64,000 nucleotides of DNA from contig VRMN01000005.1 in NCBI GenBank assembly GCA_008690995.1, positions 310,001 to 374,000 on the forward strand. Direction: 5' to 3'. A program made the translations under genes and the position numbers. A model generated the notes under the pieces. That model saw only the letters and a list, made by a program, of their open reading frames with translations, did no database searches and had not been told where the DNA came from. Shown piece after piece: positions 20,919 to 32,650 of the stretch. Numbering within the stretch: position 1 is the stretch's first letter; each line of letters opens with the position of its first letter. Source of the DNA: Porphyridium purpureum. Its lineage: Eukaryota.

Positions 20919-22502
20919 ATGAGTGGCGGGCCGCCGTCCGGGTATGCTGCCGCCGCGCCAGCGGGCGGCGTGGATGCCGGCGTGATTGTGGTGGACGCCG
21001 GCTCGTACTACACTCGGATCGGGTTGGCCGGCGACGATGTGCCGCGCCTCTTTCCTCGTTCGTGCGTGGGCGAGCGCACTGACCACAGTCGTGCAGCAGC
21101 CAGTCACTCGAATGGCGCTGCGTCCAATGCTGGTGGCGCGGAGTACGTGTACGGAGACGAGATCTGGATGCAGTCGGACGCACTCCATGACATTCGCGCG
21201 CTAGATCCAATGGACAGCGAAGGGCTCTGTGCGCTGCTCGCCGCGCAGTGTGCAGAAAACAAGGTCGACTTTGAACTTGCCAATAAGCCTCTCATTATGG
21301 TCGAACCGAGCGTATATTGGGACCAGGACAGGCGCTACAATCTCGTCGAAATCATGTTCGAGCAGCTGGACCTGCCCGCAACTTTCATTCTACGAGGTGC
21401 TGTGGGCGCGGCATTTTCTGGGGCCCGCGGCACAGCCCTCGTGCTGGACATTGGCCACCAGGCAGCCGTGGCGACCCCCGTGCTCGATGGTTACTCATTG
21501 CTGAAAAATACAATCCAGGCGCCGCATCTTGGTGGTCGCGCGATGTCTGAAGAAATCGCAAACGCCTTGCTGCGAAAACTAGATCCACACAATGCGCAGT
21601 CCGGTGCGCGTATGGACACGACGCCATCTGTGCCATTGCCCAGCTCCTCAGGACCGCAGCACGCGAATGAGGATGACCGCGTGGCCAAGCGTGCAAAAGT
21701 GCACGAGTCTGAGGACACGCAGAGTAAGTTGGAACCCGCACCGCAAGCCATATCATCCACTCTACCTCACGAGTCGAGCAGAGCACATTCTGCCTCCTTG
21801 TTTGGAGGCGCAGCGTTCCATGACCTTGGCAAGGTGATCAGAATGAAAGAGTCTGCCCGGGATATTGGCCGAACAGAAGGCTGGCGGTCGTTCATGCGAC
21901 AGCGAATGGTGGATGACATCAAAATGCACGTGTTGCGTGTGCCGATGGATGTAGTAGCGGCACCTGGAACAGGTGAACCCGGTTTGGGCTCGGAAAGAGA
22001 TGCCGTCGCGGCTCAGGATGCAGCAAACGGCATTCAGTACGAACTGCCGGACGGACAGGTTGTCACCTTTTCGGCGGCAGAGTGTGACATGGCCGGCCAG
22101 CATTTGTTTCAGCGAGCAGGAGACGGCGGTGCATCTACGCCTCTGTCGTCGGCAAATGGCGTGCATGGCATGGGCCTGCACGAAATCTCTCATGTTGCCA
22201 TGCGCGAGTGCGACGTGGATGCGCGCCGAGAGCTCGCCATGGGCGTGATCGTTTGTGGAGGTGGTAGCCAGATCCCGGGTCTGTTCACGCGCCTGCAAAA
22301 GGAGCTCGCCATTCTAACGCCACAGATGTACAAGCTCCGCATGCTGCCGCCAACCATCGGCGTGAGCGGGATTGAGAAGGCGTCCGCTGCGTGGATCGGC
22401 GGTTCCATCCTCGGCTCGCTTGGCACTTTCCAGCAAATGTGGCTTTCTGCGCAGGAGTATGCCGAAATTGGGCACAACGCAGTCGATCGCCGCTTCTCGT
22501 AG
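20919..22502 (+). CDS. ARP4: Actin-related protein 4 (nuclear ARP4/BAF53-like)
   Basis: VVDAGSYYTRIGLAGDDVP, YELPDGQ, WIGGSILGSLGTFQQMW, with large insertions. Confidence 0.85.
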   Translation: MSGGPPSGYAAAAPAGGVDAGVIVVDAGSYYTRIGLAGDDVPRLFPRSCVGERTDHSRAAASHSNGAASNAGGAEYVYGDEIWMQSDALHDIRALDPMDSEGLCALLAAQCAENKVDFELANKPLIMVEPSVYWDQDRRYNLVEIMFEQLDLPATFILRGAVGAAFSGARGTALVLDIGHQAAVATPVLDGYSLLKNTIQAPHLGGRAMSEEIANALLRKLDPHNAQSGARMDTTPSVPLPSSSGPQHANEDDRVAKRAKVHESEDTQSKLEPAPQAISSTLPHESSRAHSASLFGGAAFHDLGKVIRMKESARDIGRTEGWRSFMRQRMVDDIKMHVLRVPMDVVAAPGTGEPGLGSERDAVAAQDAANGIQYELPDGQVVTFSAAECDMAGQHLFQRAGDGGASTPLSSANGVHGMGLHEISHVAMRECDVDARRELAMGVIVCGGGSQIPGLFTRLQKELAILTPQMYKLRMLPPTIGVSGIEKASAAWIGGSILGSLGTFQQMWLSAQEYAEIGHNAVDRRFS

Positions 22503-22881
22503 CTGGATCAGCTCCAGTCGCGGCGCCACCAACCCAAGCGAAACCCTTTCACTTCTTCTCGCCCGCACCCACTCACAAGTTATATCAAAGGAAGCTTGTT
22601 TATTATAGAGCCTGTCGCGGTTGGTCGCAGACGCACACAGAAGGCGGCTTGTGGCGATCCTGAATAGTCTCATATGGCGATTCGGAGGAGCTGAAGAGAT
22701 CGTGAGGGGGAGTGCAATTGCTGGCGGGTATCAAGGCGGGCGCGCATATTCCGTGCGTCCGGTACGGCGCTCTCCTTTGTTCACTGCTGGCTACTGATTT
22801 ACTTGTTCTAGCTCGAACGCGCCCTGCGTTGGAGAAGCTTGCCGACGTGCGTACAGGGAAGCTTCTCACGCGCGCACATCC

Positions 22882-25800
22882 ATGATGGGCATCGCCATGC
22901 TGCTGTGCGCCACGCGCGGTGAGTCCAACGAGCTCTTGGGCATGCTGCGGCAGAACGCGCGGTTCCGGAAGTGGAACGCCGACGTCGAGGATGAGCACGA
23001 GCTGCTGCGCGGACTGCTAGAGCTGCAGGTCTTTTCTTCTGGCCAATTCAACTCGCGGACACGGAGCGCGAGTGAACTTGACCTGCATAGTTTGGTACGG
23101 CCCTTCTGTAACATCATATCATCACCACTAGTGTCGGGTATCATTACTTCCAAGGCACTCAGCGCGGTGGCAAGGATTCTCCCCCTGGTGGTAGCGAATG
23201 CGCAAACGGCCGCTGCGCGAATTAGCGCGGTCGATGCACTTAATCAGGCGCTTGCGACAATTGCAAATGTGCGGTTTGAAGCGACGGACTCGGTTGGCGA
23301 CCAATCTGTCTTCCTTCACGTGTGCTTTCTTTATACGGTCGTGATCGAGGCGTTTCACACCCTCTCAAGGTTCTCTCCCGCTGGAGCACCCGCAGTGCCG
23401 TGTGAACAGCCTCAGCCAGGATTAGATCAGCGTTCTATTGGCTCGCGCAAAAGAGGCATAATTGACCTGAGATGGGTTTTGCTGTCTGCTCAAGCAGTGC
23501 TGCGCATCTGTGTAGCGAAGAACATGTCTGAGCTGTTGCGAGAGGCAGCACAGGCCGAGTTTGTGCGAGCAACATGTGCCATGGCGTCTATGGTGAAGCG
23601 CGCAGCACGCGAAGGATGTGCATGCGCAAACCGGTCTGCCGCGCCGTGTTTGCGTGGCTACCAATGGGCTTGCGGGTCTACGGAAGTCGGTGCGCACGAC
23701 GAGCTTTATCGAATGCTGCGATCTGTTTCAAAATTGACTTTGCTTGACGTGACGCAAGATGCAAGCATCTCAGAAATTGTTGCCCTGTTTGCTGCTTTGG
23801 ACCTCGAGCGGGGCATGTCTTGGGGTCCTGATATTCGGTATGGCATCGCCAGCGAGGATTTGGCGGCAAGAAGCAGGCACTTAAGTAATTCCTACGGTGA
23901 ATCTGACGACGTCATTCAGACCGCGGGGAACGAAAGCGTCGGTCCGGATGCGAGCGAGTACGAAAGCGATGCTGAAAATGACCATGACGCTTTAAGCCTT
24001 GGAGATCTTTCTGACGAGATTGATGGTGACGAGGAAATCAACGATGTGACGCCAGCCAGTGATGACGGCAGAAGTGCTGGTAGTATGTCGCGAGTTGCAT
24101 CAACCGGTTTGGGACAGAAGGGCGCCATCAGCAGTTCTTCTGCCCTCGCGTCAACATCCTTTCCCTCACGCGAACCAGTAGGACTGCAAGCAATCTGTGA
24201 CAGCTGTATCAACGGGCCACGCGTGTTCGCAGGCGTGCTGAACGTACTTTTGCGCATGTCAGCCGCGATGCTGGACCCTAAGGTCAAATTGGCGCTGCCA
24301 GACCGCGTGTTTGGTGCTGATATTCTGTCGCAGATTCTTGAGTCTCAGGGCAGCTCTTTGGATGCAGAGTTAACAGTAAGGGTCCGGGAAGGATCGCAAG
24401 AACATTTGTCTTTTGCACTAGGTTCGTGCGAGTTGACCCGGCGGGTGCTCCTCAAGCAGGTGAGTCGCAGCCTACTTCGTAGTTTGGGTGCATTTTGTGC
24501 GAATGGCGAGTACGCTTCTCCTTCTTTTTCACAGCGCACGTCTAAGTCTAGCGTGAGCCGCGTGCGAGTGCTGTTGGCTGCTCTTTTCCGTGTGTCACTC
24601 GCGTTGTGTCTCAACTTGGGTCGCTTTTGTGCTCCTTTCCTTCAGCAACTGCTCGGCCAAGTTTTTCCTACATTCTATTCTGCAACGTGCGAACCCATCG
24701 TAGTGGCATTGAAAGGAAGCTTGATCAGTCAAAGCAGTACCATCAACGACAGTGCAAGCACGGTGCGACTCGATCCGGATCTGCGCGAAATCGGGCTAAA
24801 CGGACTTCAAAACATACTGGAACACCCGGCAGACTTGCTTCGGAGTGCATTTTGCACGTTTGATTGCGGTGTAAGTAGCCGATCCCGCCTTATTGAAGAC
24901 GTAGTTCAAGGTCTATCCCGTGCAGCTATGCTAGATAGTGCTCGTCGAATCTCATTACGTCGCTCTCCCCCCAGCATTCCGGGCCTCGAACAGTCCATAA
25001 GCATAGTATGCGAATATGGCGACAATGCTGGTTCGACCGCAGGATCTTCTTCGGCAGTGGGTGTAGGGGGTTCGCACGGCAGCGGCGGCAGTACTCTTGC
25101 AGGCGGAACTAGCGGGGCGGCTAGCTCTCGCGCAGGAACTCAACTAGTCTTGGAAGAGGTGCAACTCGCGTCGGGCTCCAGTCCTGGCACGGGCGCACGG
25201 GTCACCCCGTATGGGCCGTCCGAAGTGGACATCGATGAGACGATGAATAATCAGGAGGAGCGTCTTGCGGGTGCTTTGCGATGCGCCAGTATTGTCATGT
25301 CTATCATGCGGCAGTTGAAAGGCAGTAGCGGTAGCAGCAATACGAGCAGCAGTGGTACGAGTAGCCGGAGCACCGTGGAGCTTGCATCACCATGCGCATG
25401 TCCGACGCTTGGTGATTCAATTTCGACTTGTTCGTGTTTGTGCCCGGAGGGCTTGGCGCCGGATTCGCTCGCGCAGTTTATTTTGAAAAGGAAAAAGATG
25501 GACGCTTTGGTAACCAAATTCAACCTGAGCAGGGCAAAGAAGGCAGCGCGTGGTGTACTAGCGCTGCTGGATGAAATGGATGATAAGAATGTAGTTTCCA
25601 TGGGGAACGCGGGCGAGAACTTTCCCACTTTATCGGAGGAAGTCCGTGCCGGTGACGCTTCCGGACTGAATGGCGAGGCTACATCTGCATACAACGGTGA
25701 CGAAATCAGCCGAGTGGCTGAATTTCTGTTCAGCACGCCTGGTTTGGCGAAAAGCATTATCGGAGAGATCCTGGGCTCAGAGGACGGCTTCTCGGTGAAA

Positions 25801-28800
25801 GTGCTACAATGTTTCACGCAGCAATTTAACTTCGCGAATGTGCCGTACACGTCTGCACTACGCATATTTTTGGAAAGCTTTCGGCTTCCTGGTGAGGCTC
25901 AGAAAATTGATCGCATTATGCACGCCTTCGCGGCACATTTTTACGCTGAGAATCACAAGGATCCGGCAGCAAATGTGTCTTCACCACTTTCGGCGGCTTT
26001 GTCAAGCCCCGATGCAGCGTACGTGCTCGCATTCGCAGTCGTGATGCTTAATACAGATCAGCATAATGAGTCGGTGCGCAAGAAAATGGTGTTCCAGGAC
26101 TTTGTCCGCAATAATCGCGGAATCAACGATGGACAGAATGTACCGGAACCGTTTTTACGTGCAGTTTTTGATTCGATCCGTGAAGAGGAAATTAAGATTG
26201 CGGAGGAATCTGGGATCGGTGATCTGACGGATGCCGGCTGGGACCACATTCTGGCTTGCAGCAGTCGCGGTAGCGGCTCCGTGTTGAGGCTGGCCGAGCC
26301 CTTGCGCGAGGCCGACGCGCTACTATTTGAGCGGGTGTGGGTGGCTGGTGTGAGGTGCGCGCACGTTGCCCTGTACGAAAGCAACCACCCCGCGGCGGCG
26401 AAGCATGCGCTTGGGGCCTTTTTTGACGTGGGAATGTGTGGTGCGCGCTACCGATCGATTCAGGCTTGCGATATGGTCATCGCGACGCTCATTCGCTCCA
26501 CACGCGTGCTGCAGGGGAGCCTGCTGCAGTCGTGCGTGTCTTTTGGGACCTCCATTAAGTCTCAGATGATCACGCGCGCTCTCTTCAGGGTGGTTCGTCG
26601 TTGCTCAGATTGGATGCGCGAATCTGGCTGGTCACACGTTGTTGCTCTCGTGCTCCGCCTTGAGACGCTTGACCTGCTTCCAGACAGTCTCAATCTTAAA
26701 TTTGGCACCGCAGCTGCCGAGTTTCTGACTGTAAATGGCCAGGATGTGCAGGAATTTCTCGCAACATGGCGGAATTCTGAGTACGCGCAACCCGCAGAAC
26801 AGTTGCTCGATTCACCCAACATTCCACCCTGGTGGCCGTTCAAACGCGCCGTGTTTGCAAATGTGGCCTACTTTTCTGGTGAGGCCGCCGAAAAGCGTAC
26901 AAGCGCGAAAGGCGGTGATAGAGAGCCTACAGCGGACTCTGCTATTGTAGCTGGCTCAGCGGTCAATGGGACTAGCGCCGCGCGGAAGTTGCTCGACTTG
27001 TTTCGAGTGGGCACGGGCAGCAGCAGCGCTGCTGGCAGTGGCGCGGATGCTTCCGCGGATGACCCGATGCATGAGCAGCTATCAAGCGCGCCGTCATTTT
27101 TGGCCGATCAACGAGATGCAGTCAAATTTGCGCGCAAGCAGGCGCGCGAATGTGTGCTAAAGTGCATGGTGGAAGAAATTCTCATCTCAGATTCGCGCTT
27201 CATGCGTCCGGAGTCGCTGCAGAGCTTGTCTTCGTCGCTCGCCCATGCTTGCTGGCGTATGCTCGATTTGCTGGTCGCGCGCACGCCCAAGCACCATCAG
27301 CCTATTCCAAGCGCATCCAAACGCGGCAAGCGCTCGTACGCATCTGTCGTGGGTGAGGATAAGCACATGGTCGACTACGAAGCGTTACTGAACTTTAGTA
27401 GTGGCCGAAGCGCGTCGAGCTCGTCATCGTATGCGCCTGCACCGCCCGTCTCATCCACCGGCTCAGGAATTGCAGTCGGGACCGCCACAAGCGATGACGA
27501 TAGTCGTAAAGCGCGTGAGCTGGTGGCGGCGTTCTGTGTAGATGTGATGCTAGAGCTTGCCCTCAAAAATCGTGACCGCCTGCCGCTGGTGTGGCCGCAT
27601 TTGCACGAAACGTTACTGCGCGTGTTTGCCGAGCCGGTGTATGTTGACAGTAGCGAGCGACACTGTTTCGGCTTACTTGAACGTGCTTTAGTGTGTCTTT
27701 TTCGCGTGGGCTCTCGCTTTGCACACCGCAAGGATGTATTGGATGACGTCTTTCATGCCCTCGAAATGCTGCGCAAAATTCGCGCACGTCACCTGTGCCA
27801 CTTCAGCTTGCTTATTGCAACAGGAATTCTCCAACTTGTCTCCTGCAATGCGAGCATTGAAAGCGCTCCGCAATGGAAGACTGTATTACTGCTCCTGCTA
27901 GAAAGCGGCGCCGTGTCCGATGTCGTGGCCGCTGACTTTGCGTGCCAGGTCATCCAGTTTGTGATCTCGAGCAGCGGAAATGAGCTCCATCCAGCAAAAG
28001 TTGTGCTTCGCGATGAAAATTTTGCTGTCGCTGTGAATTGCGTGTACGAGCTCAGCCGCGGCGGCTCTGCCAAGCAGAGTGTTGCGGCTCTCGATATTGT
28101 GCTTTTGCTCTGCAATCGTATTCCCGAGCTAGAGGAGGACTTGCTCGCGCGTGCGACTGCTGGTTCAGCCGGTGCAGCGCGCGGACAATCATCTACAGCG
28201 GCAGAGGACAAGGACGAGCTTGGTCAGACGCGAGATAAGCAGATCTCAAGTTGGGACTTGTACTGGTTTCCACTGCTGAGCTGCTTTCTGAAGCTTGCGA
28301 ACGATAACCGTGGCGGGATTCGCAATTACGCCTTGCTCTTACTCGAACGCATCATGGCCAGTGGGTCAGAGATTGATTTGCTTGGGGCGCCTGAAATCAA
28401 GCATGCGATTGATAATGTGTTGTTGCCGCTTGTGGACACAGTGTTCCCAAAACAGGGCGCTGGTAGTGCACAGACCAATTACTTTCCCGCACGCACGCGA
28501 AGGGACCTGGAGGAAATCGAGAAGAGTATGCTACGCGCTGTGGTGTTGCTGAGCAAGTTCTTTTTGCAGCACCATGCCAAAATGGCAGCGGCATTGGAGC
28601 CAGGAGAATTTGGCGCGACTTGGCGTAAGCTGCTTCAGGCGCTTCGCCGCGCAGTGACGAGCCACGCGCACTGGAGGGACAAGGTTCGCTCCGAGCTGGA
28701 GCGTGAGGATGCAGACACTGTCTTTGGTGACGATTTACTGTCCGAGCACGTGTCCGAAACTGTGACAAACATGGTGCTGGTCATGGCTGCGTCTGGTCTG

Positions 28801-28908
28801 ATGCAGCGCAGCGACGCTGATCCGATGTGGAAGGAGACGCTAGATGTCACGGCCAGTTGGATCCCGGGCTTGTCAGATATGGTCCAGGTCACGCAACGAG
28901 CCTCCTGA
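22882..28908 (+). CDS. GBF1: Large Sec7-domain ARF guanine nucleotide exchange factor, GBF1/GNOM class
   Basis: Sec7 glutamic finger FRLPGEAQKIDRIM, MLNTDQHN and NRGINDG, HDS motif NRDR, and GBF1-like N-terminus GESNELLGMLRQNARF. Confidence 0.92.
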   Translation: MMGIAMLLCATRGESNELLGMLRQNARFRKWNADVEDEHELLRGLLELQVFSSGQFNSRTRSASELDLHSLVRPFCNIISSPLVSGIITSKALSAVARILPLVVANAQTAAARISAVDALNQALATIANVRFEATDSVGDQSVFLHVCFLYTVVIEAFHTLSRFSPAGAPAVPCEQPQPGLDQRSIGSRKRGIIDLRWVLLSAQAVLRICVAKNMSELLREAAQAEFVRATCAMASMVKRAAREGCACANRSAAPCLRGYQWACGSTEVGAHDELYRMLRSVSKLTLLDVTQDASISEIVALFAALDLERGMSWGPDIRYGIASEDLAARSRHLSNSYGESDDVIQTAGNESVGPDASEYESDAENDHDALSLGDLSDEIDGDEEINDVTPASDDGRSAGSMSRVASTGLGQKGAISSSSALASTSFPSREPVGLQAICDSCINGPRVFAGVLNVLLRMSAAMLDPKVKLALPDRVFGADILSQILESQGSSLDAELTVRVREGSQEHLSFALGSCELTRRVLLKQVSRSLLRSLGAFCANGEYASPSFSQRTSKSSVSRVRVLLAALFRVSLALCLNLGRFCAPFLQQLLGQVFPTFYSATCEPIVVALKGSLISQSSTINDSASTVRLDPDLREIGLNGLQNILEHPADLLRSAFCTFDCGVSSRSRLIEDVVQGLSRAAMLDSARRISLRRSPPSIPGLEQSISIVCEYGDNAGSTAGSSSAVGVGGSHGSGGSTLAGGTSGAASSRAGTQLVLEEVQLASGSSPGTGARVTPYGPSEVDIDETMNNQEERLAGALRCASIVMSIMRQLKGSSGSSNTSSSGTSSRSTVELASPCACPTLGDSISTCSCLCPEGLAPDSLAQFILKRKKMDALVTKFNLSRAKKAARGVLALLDEMDDKNVVSMGNAGENFPTLSEEVRAGDASGLNGEATSAYNGDEISRVAEFLFSTPGLAKSIIGEILGSEDGFSVKVLQCFTQQFNFANVPYTSALRIFLESFRLPGEAQKIDRIMHAFAAHFYAENHKDPAANVSSPLSAALSSPDAAYVLAFAVVMLNTDQHNESVRKKMVFQDFVRNNRGINDGQNVPEPFLRAVFDSIREEEIKIAEESGIGDLTDAGWDHILACSSRGSGSVLRLAEPLREADALLFERVWVAGVRCAHVALYESNHPAAAKHALGAFFDVGMCGARYRSIQACDMVIATLIRSTRVLQGSLLQSCVSFGTSIKSQMITRALFRVVRRCSDWMRESGWSHVVALVLRLETLDLLPDSLNLKFGTAAAEFLTVNGQDVQEFLATWRNSEYAQPAEQLLDSPNIPPWWPFKRAVFANVAYFSGEAAEKRTSAKGGDREPTADSAIVAGSAVNGTSAARKLLDLFRVGTGSSSAAGSGADASADDPMHEQLSSAPSFLADQRDAVKFARKQARECVLKCMVEEILISDSRFMRPESLQSLSSSLAHACWRMLDLLVARTPKHHQPIPSASKRGKRSYASVVGEDKHMVDYEALLNFSSGRSASSSSSYAPAPPVSSTGSGIAVGTATSDDDSRKARELVAAFCVDVMLELALKNRDRLPLVWPHLHETLLRVFAEPVYVDSSERHCFGLLERALVCLFRVGSRFAHRKDVLDDVFHALEMLRKIRARHLCHFSLLIATGILQLVSCNASIESAPQWKTVLLLLLESGAVSDVVAADFACQVIQFVISSSGNELHPAKVVLRDENFAVAVNCVYELSRGGSAKQSVAALDIVLLLCNRIPELEEDLLARATAGSAGAARGQSSTAAEDKDELGQTRDKQISSWDLYWFPLLSCFLKLANDNRGGIRNYALLLLERIMASGSEIDLLGAPEIKHAIDNVLLPLVDTVFPKQGAGSAQTNYFPARTRRDLEEIEKSMLRAVVLLSKFFLQHHAKMAAALEPGEFGATWRKLLQALRRAVTSHAHWRDKVRSELEREDADTVFGDDLLSEHVSETVTNMVLVMAASGLMQRSDADPMWKETLDVTASWIPGLSDMVQVTQRAS

Positions 28909-29365
28909 GCCTTGGGAACGAGCATTCACGATGCCCGTTTACAGGCTGCAGGAATTTGAATAGTGAGAGTTGGAGAAAGCAAGGATACTTGAACGCATAA
29001 TACGGAGAGAGACGCATAGATCGCTTCGAGTCAGTAGATGTTCATGCCCACCAGTCCAGGTTCGAGAGTCAGCGTGGGCCGTTGACACAATCGTGCATGT
29101 ATGGAGACGACAGCTTCCGTAGGGTGAACAGGGCCGAGAGTGTAGATCAGGTTCAACGAGAAAAAAGTTTCTCAGCATCGCACGCCAAAAAAGACGAGCT
29201 ATGCGATATGCTTGTCATTAATCTTGTTGTTTTCATCCCTTCTTACGGGCCTCTTCGCAACTGATTTCACAGCGGGGCTCCCTGCAAGACCAATTAAACT
29301 TACCATTTTGGATGGTGTCCCAGCAAGGACAATAAAGTGACTGTCTAATTCTTCCTGTCGCTGCC

Positions 29366-30217
29366 TCATGAGTGTCCGCCTGTGCCGTAGACGCGATAAA
29401 ATTCCTGGATGACAGGCCTTTCGTGTAACTGGGCGATGACCTGGGGGCGCTTCGACACCAAAAATTCATTTGCCTGTTCGGGTGTCATGTTGGCGTACTT
29501 GATAAGATAGCACATGACGACAGACGCACTCCTCCCTCTCCCAGCTTTGCAATGCACGTACACTGTCTTTTGTTGCTGCACAAACTCGTGCACTTTTTCC
29601 ACGCACGCCTCGAGATCGCTCAAACTCGGCGGCACAAAGTCGACCATGGGGACATACAATTGCTCCAAGCCGTGTTTTGCGTACTCGCGGGGCATTCCCT
29701 TCCATTCACGCACAGTGTTGATCATCAGCGATACGTGTTCGGTCTCAACCAACGCGCTCAAAATTGACCTGAGCGGCAAAGCGCCCAAGATGACGTACGG
29801 CATCACGCGGTCATACCAGCGCCGGCCGGATGCGTCCTTGTTCATGTACAGGTTCCAATACAGTGACGGATAAAACATGATGCTTGCGATAAGCTTCAGA
29901 AGCGGCGTCGGCGCCTTGAGCACAAACTTTTCCATGCCTCGAATCAGCGCTTGTTCAAACGATTTCAGAGACCCGCGCACCACGCCTTGGTCCCGATCCT
30001 GGGCTGCAGACTCGTGCTCGCCATCGTGTTGAGCCGACTGCGGCGACTGCGGCGACTGCGCCCGCATCAGGACACTTTTCCGCACTCTACTCCTCGACCT
30101 TTCTTTAGCGTGAACGACGGCCATGCACGACGCGGCGCCTTTGTTTGAACCACGCGGGACGGAGACGCACACCCCGCCGGCCGAAAAAGCGATCGCACCG
30201 CTCTCTCCAGGCGACAT
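29366..30217 (-). CDS. PTPMT1: Dual-specificity phosphatase, PTPMT1-like phosphatidylglycerophosphatase with transit peptide
   Basis: VYVHCKAGRGRSA active site plus FYPSLYWN, WYDRV and LGALP. Confidence 0.85.
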   Translation of the reverse strand: MSPGESGAIAFSAGGVCVSVPRGSNKGAASCMAVVHAKERSRSRVRKSVLMRAQSPQSPQSAQHDGEHESAAQDRDQGVVRGSLKSFEQALIRGMEKFVLKAPTPLLKLIASIMFYPSLYWNLYMNKDASGRRWYDRVMPYVILGALPLRSILSALVETEHVSLMINTVREWKGMPREYAKHGLEQLYVPMVDFVPPSLSDLEACVEKVHEFVQQQKTVYVHCKAGRGRSASVVMCYLIKYANMTPEQANEFLVSKRPQVIAQLHERPVIQEFYRVYGTGGHS

Positions 30218-30819
30218 GAGCGAACGTGCGCTCAGCCGATCGATACCGCTCACGGGGCGCACGGCGCCAGAACCCGATCGGCCCTGACCGGCGTGTCAAC
30301 CGAGAGGTTTAGATCAGTAGTCGGCGCGTGGAGTGTTAAATTTCAATATGTCGAGCAAGACAAGGATTAGGTAGGACGACGGACTGTACCAATGTGGTAC
30401 CCCGGACGGATTGGCTGTCTTCTCTGGTGCCAGGGTAACCGTTTCCACACTCGCAGAAACTGGGGGTTGCTAGGGAGTGGCCGTGTCGCACATGAATGTC
30501 TTGCTTTATGCGCACGCAGCGAGCGCCACGGAGCGCTCTGTACTAAATAAGACGAGAAAAGTGATTTGCGCCAACCGAGATGTATGAAGGATCGGGTGCG
30601 AGTTCAGCGGCTCCTGTTCGGCGCGTCCGGACAGCCTACAGGCAGAGGCGTTGTGTGGGTTTGCCTCCGCTGCTATTCTTTTCTGTTCAGTGTCTTGCTT
30701 GCTACCAACTGAGTCGATGCTCCGACATCGTGTGATCGAGCTGTACGCCTTTGGTGTCGTGTAATCTGCGTGTTCGCTCTGTTACGCAGCACACATGCTC
30801 ATCTCGGCACCACCCATAC

Positions 30820-31476
30820 TTAGATATTATTCACGGGCTCGTATGCTGTCTCAAAATCAACCTCGGACGAGCCCTTTCGGAGCGCGGCGTGAATGGAGCT
30901 GAGCACGGCCATCGTGAAGAGGAGCCCGGTGAAAGTTGCTCCCGCCCCCGTGATCCACAGAATGATAAGACTGAGCACAATCACCATGACGCCCTTGGCC
31001 TTGTTGTCCAGATGCATGCCGGCCACCTCGATAGGCTCCGGGTTCATGACAAACAAGTAAACGTACGCCACCAGAATGAAGAACCCGCCGAGAATCGAGA
31101 GGGGCGACGTGAGAATGGTGAGAATCGAAAGCACGAGCAGCACCACGAGGTAGTTATAAAAGTAGTAGGTATAATTCTCCATCATGCGGTCCTTGAGCTC
31201 TGCCGGGTTTGTGTTGAGCTTCATCTGCGCCGTGTTCATGAACTCGCCCCACGGCCGCGAGTGGCTCCATATTTCGACCGCGCGCTCCTTCAGCGTATCT
31301 GCCGAAGGCACATACTTCATGAGCGCGCCGACTGCGCCGGCCGCGCCGCCGCCCTCGTTGCCCATCTCGCTGTCGCCCACCACGCTCACGCTCACGCTCA
31401 CTTCACCGACCTCCCCCTTCCCATTCCCTGCTGCCACTCCGTTCCCATACACGCCTTCCTCCACAAACCCAGCCAT
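30820..31476 (-). CDS. PRA1: PRA1 family protein (prenylated Rab acceptor)
   Basis: RPWGEF, RMMENYTYYFYNY, two hydrophobic hairpins and HAALR. Confidence 0.9.
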   Translation of the reverse strand: MAGFVEEGVYGNGVAAGNGKGEVGEVSVSVSVVGDSEMGNEGGGAAGAVGALMKYVPSADTLKERAVEIWSHSRPWGEFMNTAQMKLNTNPAELKDRMMENYTYYFYNYLVVLLVLSILTILTSPLSILGGFFILVAYVYLFVMNPEPIEVAGMHLDNKAKGVMVIVLSLIILWITGAGATFTGLLFTMAVLSSIHAALRKGSSEVDFETAYEPVNNI

Positions 31477-31957
31477 CCCCCTTCCCACCCCACACCTTTC
31501 ACGACCCGCGCCACGTGCCCCACCCTACCCCACACGACCCAACTCACCACCACAATTACTTTACCTGCCCTCTTCCCTCGACCTTCAACCTTTTCTCTCC
31601 TCTCGCCCCTGACTCTTACTCTCTCTCTCTCTGTCCTTATCCCACTGCCACACACAAAAAACACCCAGTCCCATAATGGATCAATACGCCGCACCGCCTT
31701 CCAAAATACCCTTCCTTCCTTATCACCATAATCATCATCCGTCCATCCATCATTGCACCATTGTATGAATCCATCATATGAAGACGCGCCTTCTCCTCTC
31801 ATGAACGCGCCACACCGCACCGCACACAAAAATAGAACCCATACACACACACACACACACACAGAATCCCATCCACAAAAGCAACGGCGTTCTGATACAT
31901 TCACTTGTTGATGTGGTGTTCACCCGTCTGCACATATGAGTCTGTGATCGGTTCACC

Positions 31958-31979
31958 CATCATCATCATCATCATCATC
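31958..31979. repeat. (CAT)n microsatellite; a (CA)n tract lies nearby at about 31843-31864
   Basis: Direct reading. Confidence 0.85.
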
Positions 31980-32293
31980 TTGGTGGTTGTTATTCATGGT
32001 CGTCGTAAGCAGCAGCAGTGGTGGCAGGAGGAAAGGTTACGCGCGTGGCGATGCGCGGTTCGTGCGGTGGGTGGGAGGCGCGCACCGCACGGTACAGTGC
32101 GGCAGTACGCATGCTCGCTGGGACGACAGATGGATGCACGCACGGACGGACATGAGCAGCAGGCGGTACAGTGAGTCAGTGCGGTACAGTGCTGGTTTGT
32201 GGGTTGAACTGTGGGAGCGAGGAGGGCGTGAGGGGGGTGGAAGAGGCCGGCGCAAGGGACTGAGCGCGGCGGCGGCGAAAGCGCGGGGGAGAG

Positions 32294-32650
32294 ATGGTGA
32301 GGATTTTGCAGGTGGATCTGTGGAACCGCCAGCCGGTGTGGATTGCGCTCACGAAGATATACGGCATCGGGCTGACCCGCGGCAAGTACTTGTGCAGCAA
32401 GTTGGGCATCTCGCTCAAGACCAAGGCGGGCGAGTTGCACCAGTATCAGGCCGCCGGGCTCGCGCAGCTGATTGAGGACGAGAGGTGGGTCATCAAGCAG
32501 GCGCTGAAGGAGCAGACAAAGTCAAATATCCGGCGCCTCATCGAGATCAAGTGCCGCCGCGGCGTCATGCACACGCGCCACCTCCCGGTCAACGGCCAGC
32601 GCACAAAGTCGAACGCGCAGACGGCAAAGAAGCGGGTGCCAAAGTTCTAG
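32294..32650 (+). CDS. rps13: Organellar (probably mitochondrial) ribosomal protein S13
   Basis: MVRI, IALTKIYGIG, IRRLIEIKCRRG and HLPVNGQRTKSNAQT are bacterial-type uS13 motifs. Confidence 0.9.
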   Translation: MVRILQVDLWNRQPVWIALTKIYGIGLTRGKYLCSKLGISLKTKAGELHQYQAAGLAQLIEDERWVIKQALKEQTKSNIRRLIEIKCRRGVMHTRHLPVNGQRTKSNAQTAKKRVPKF

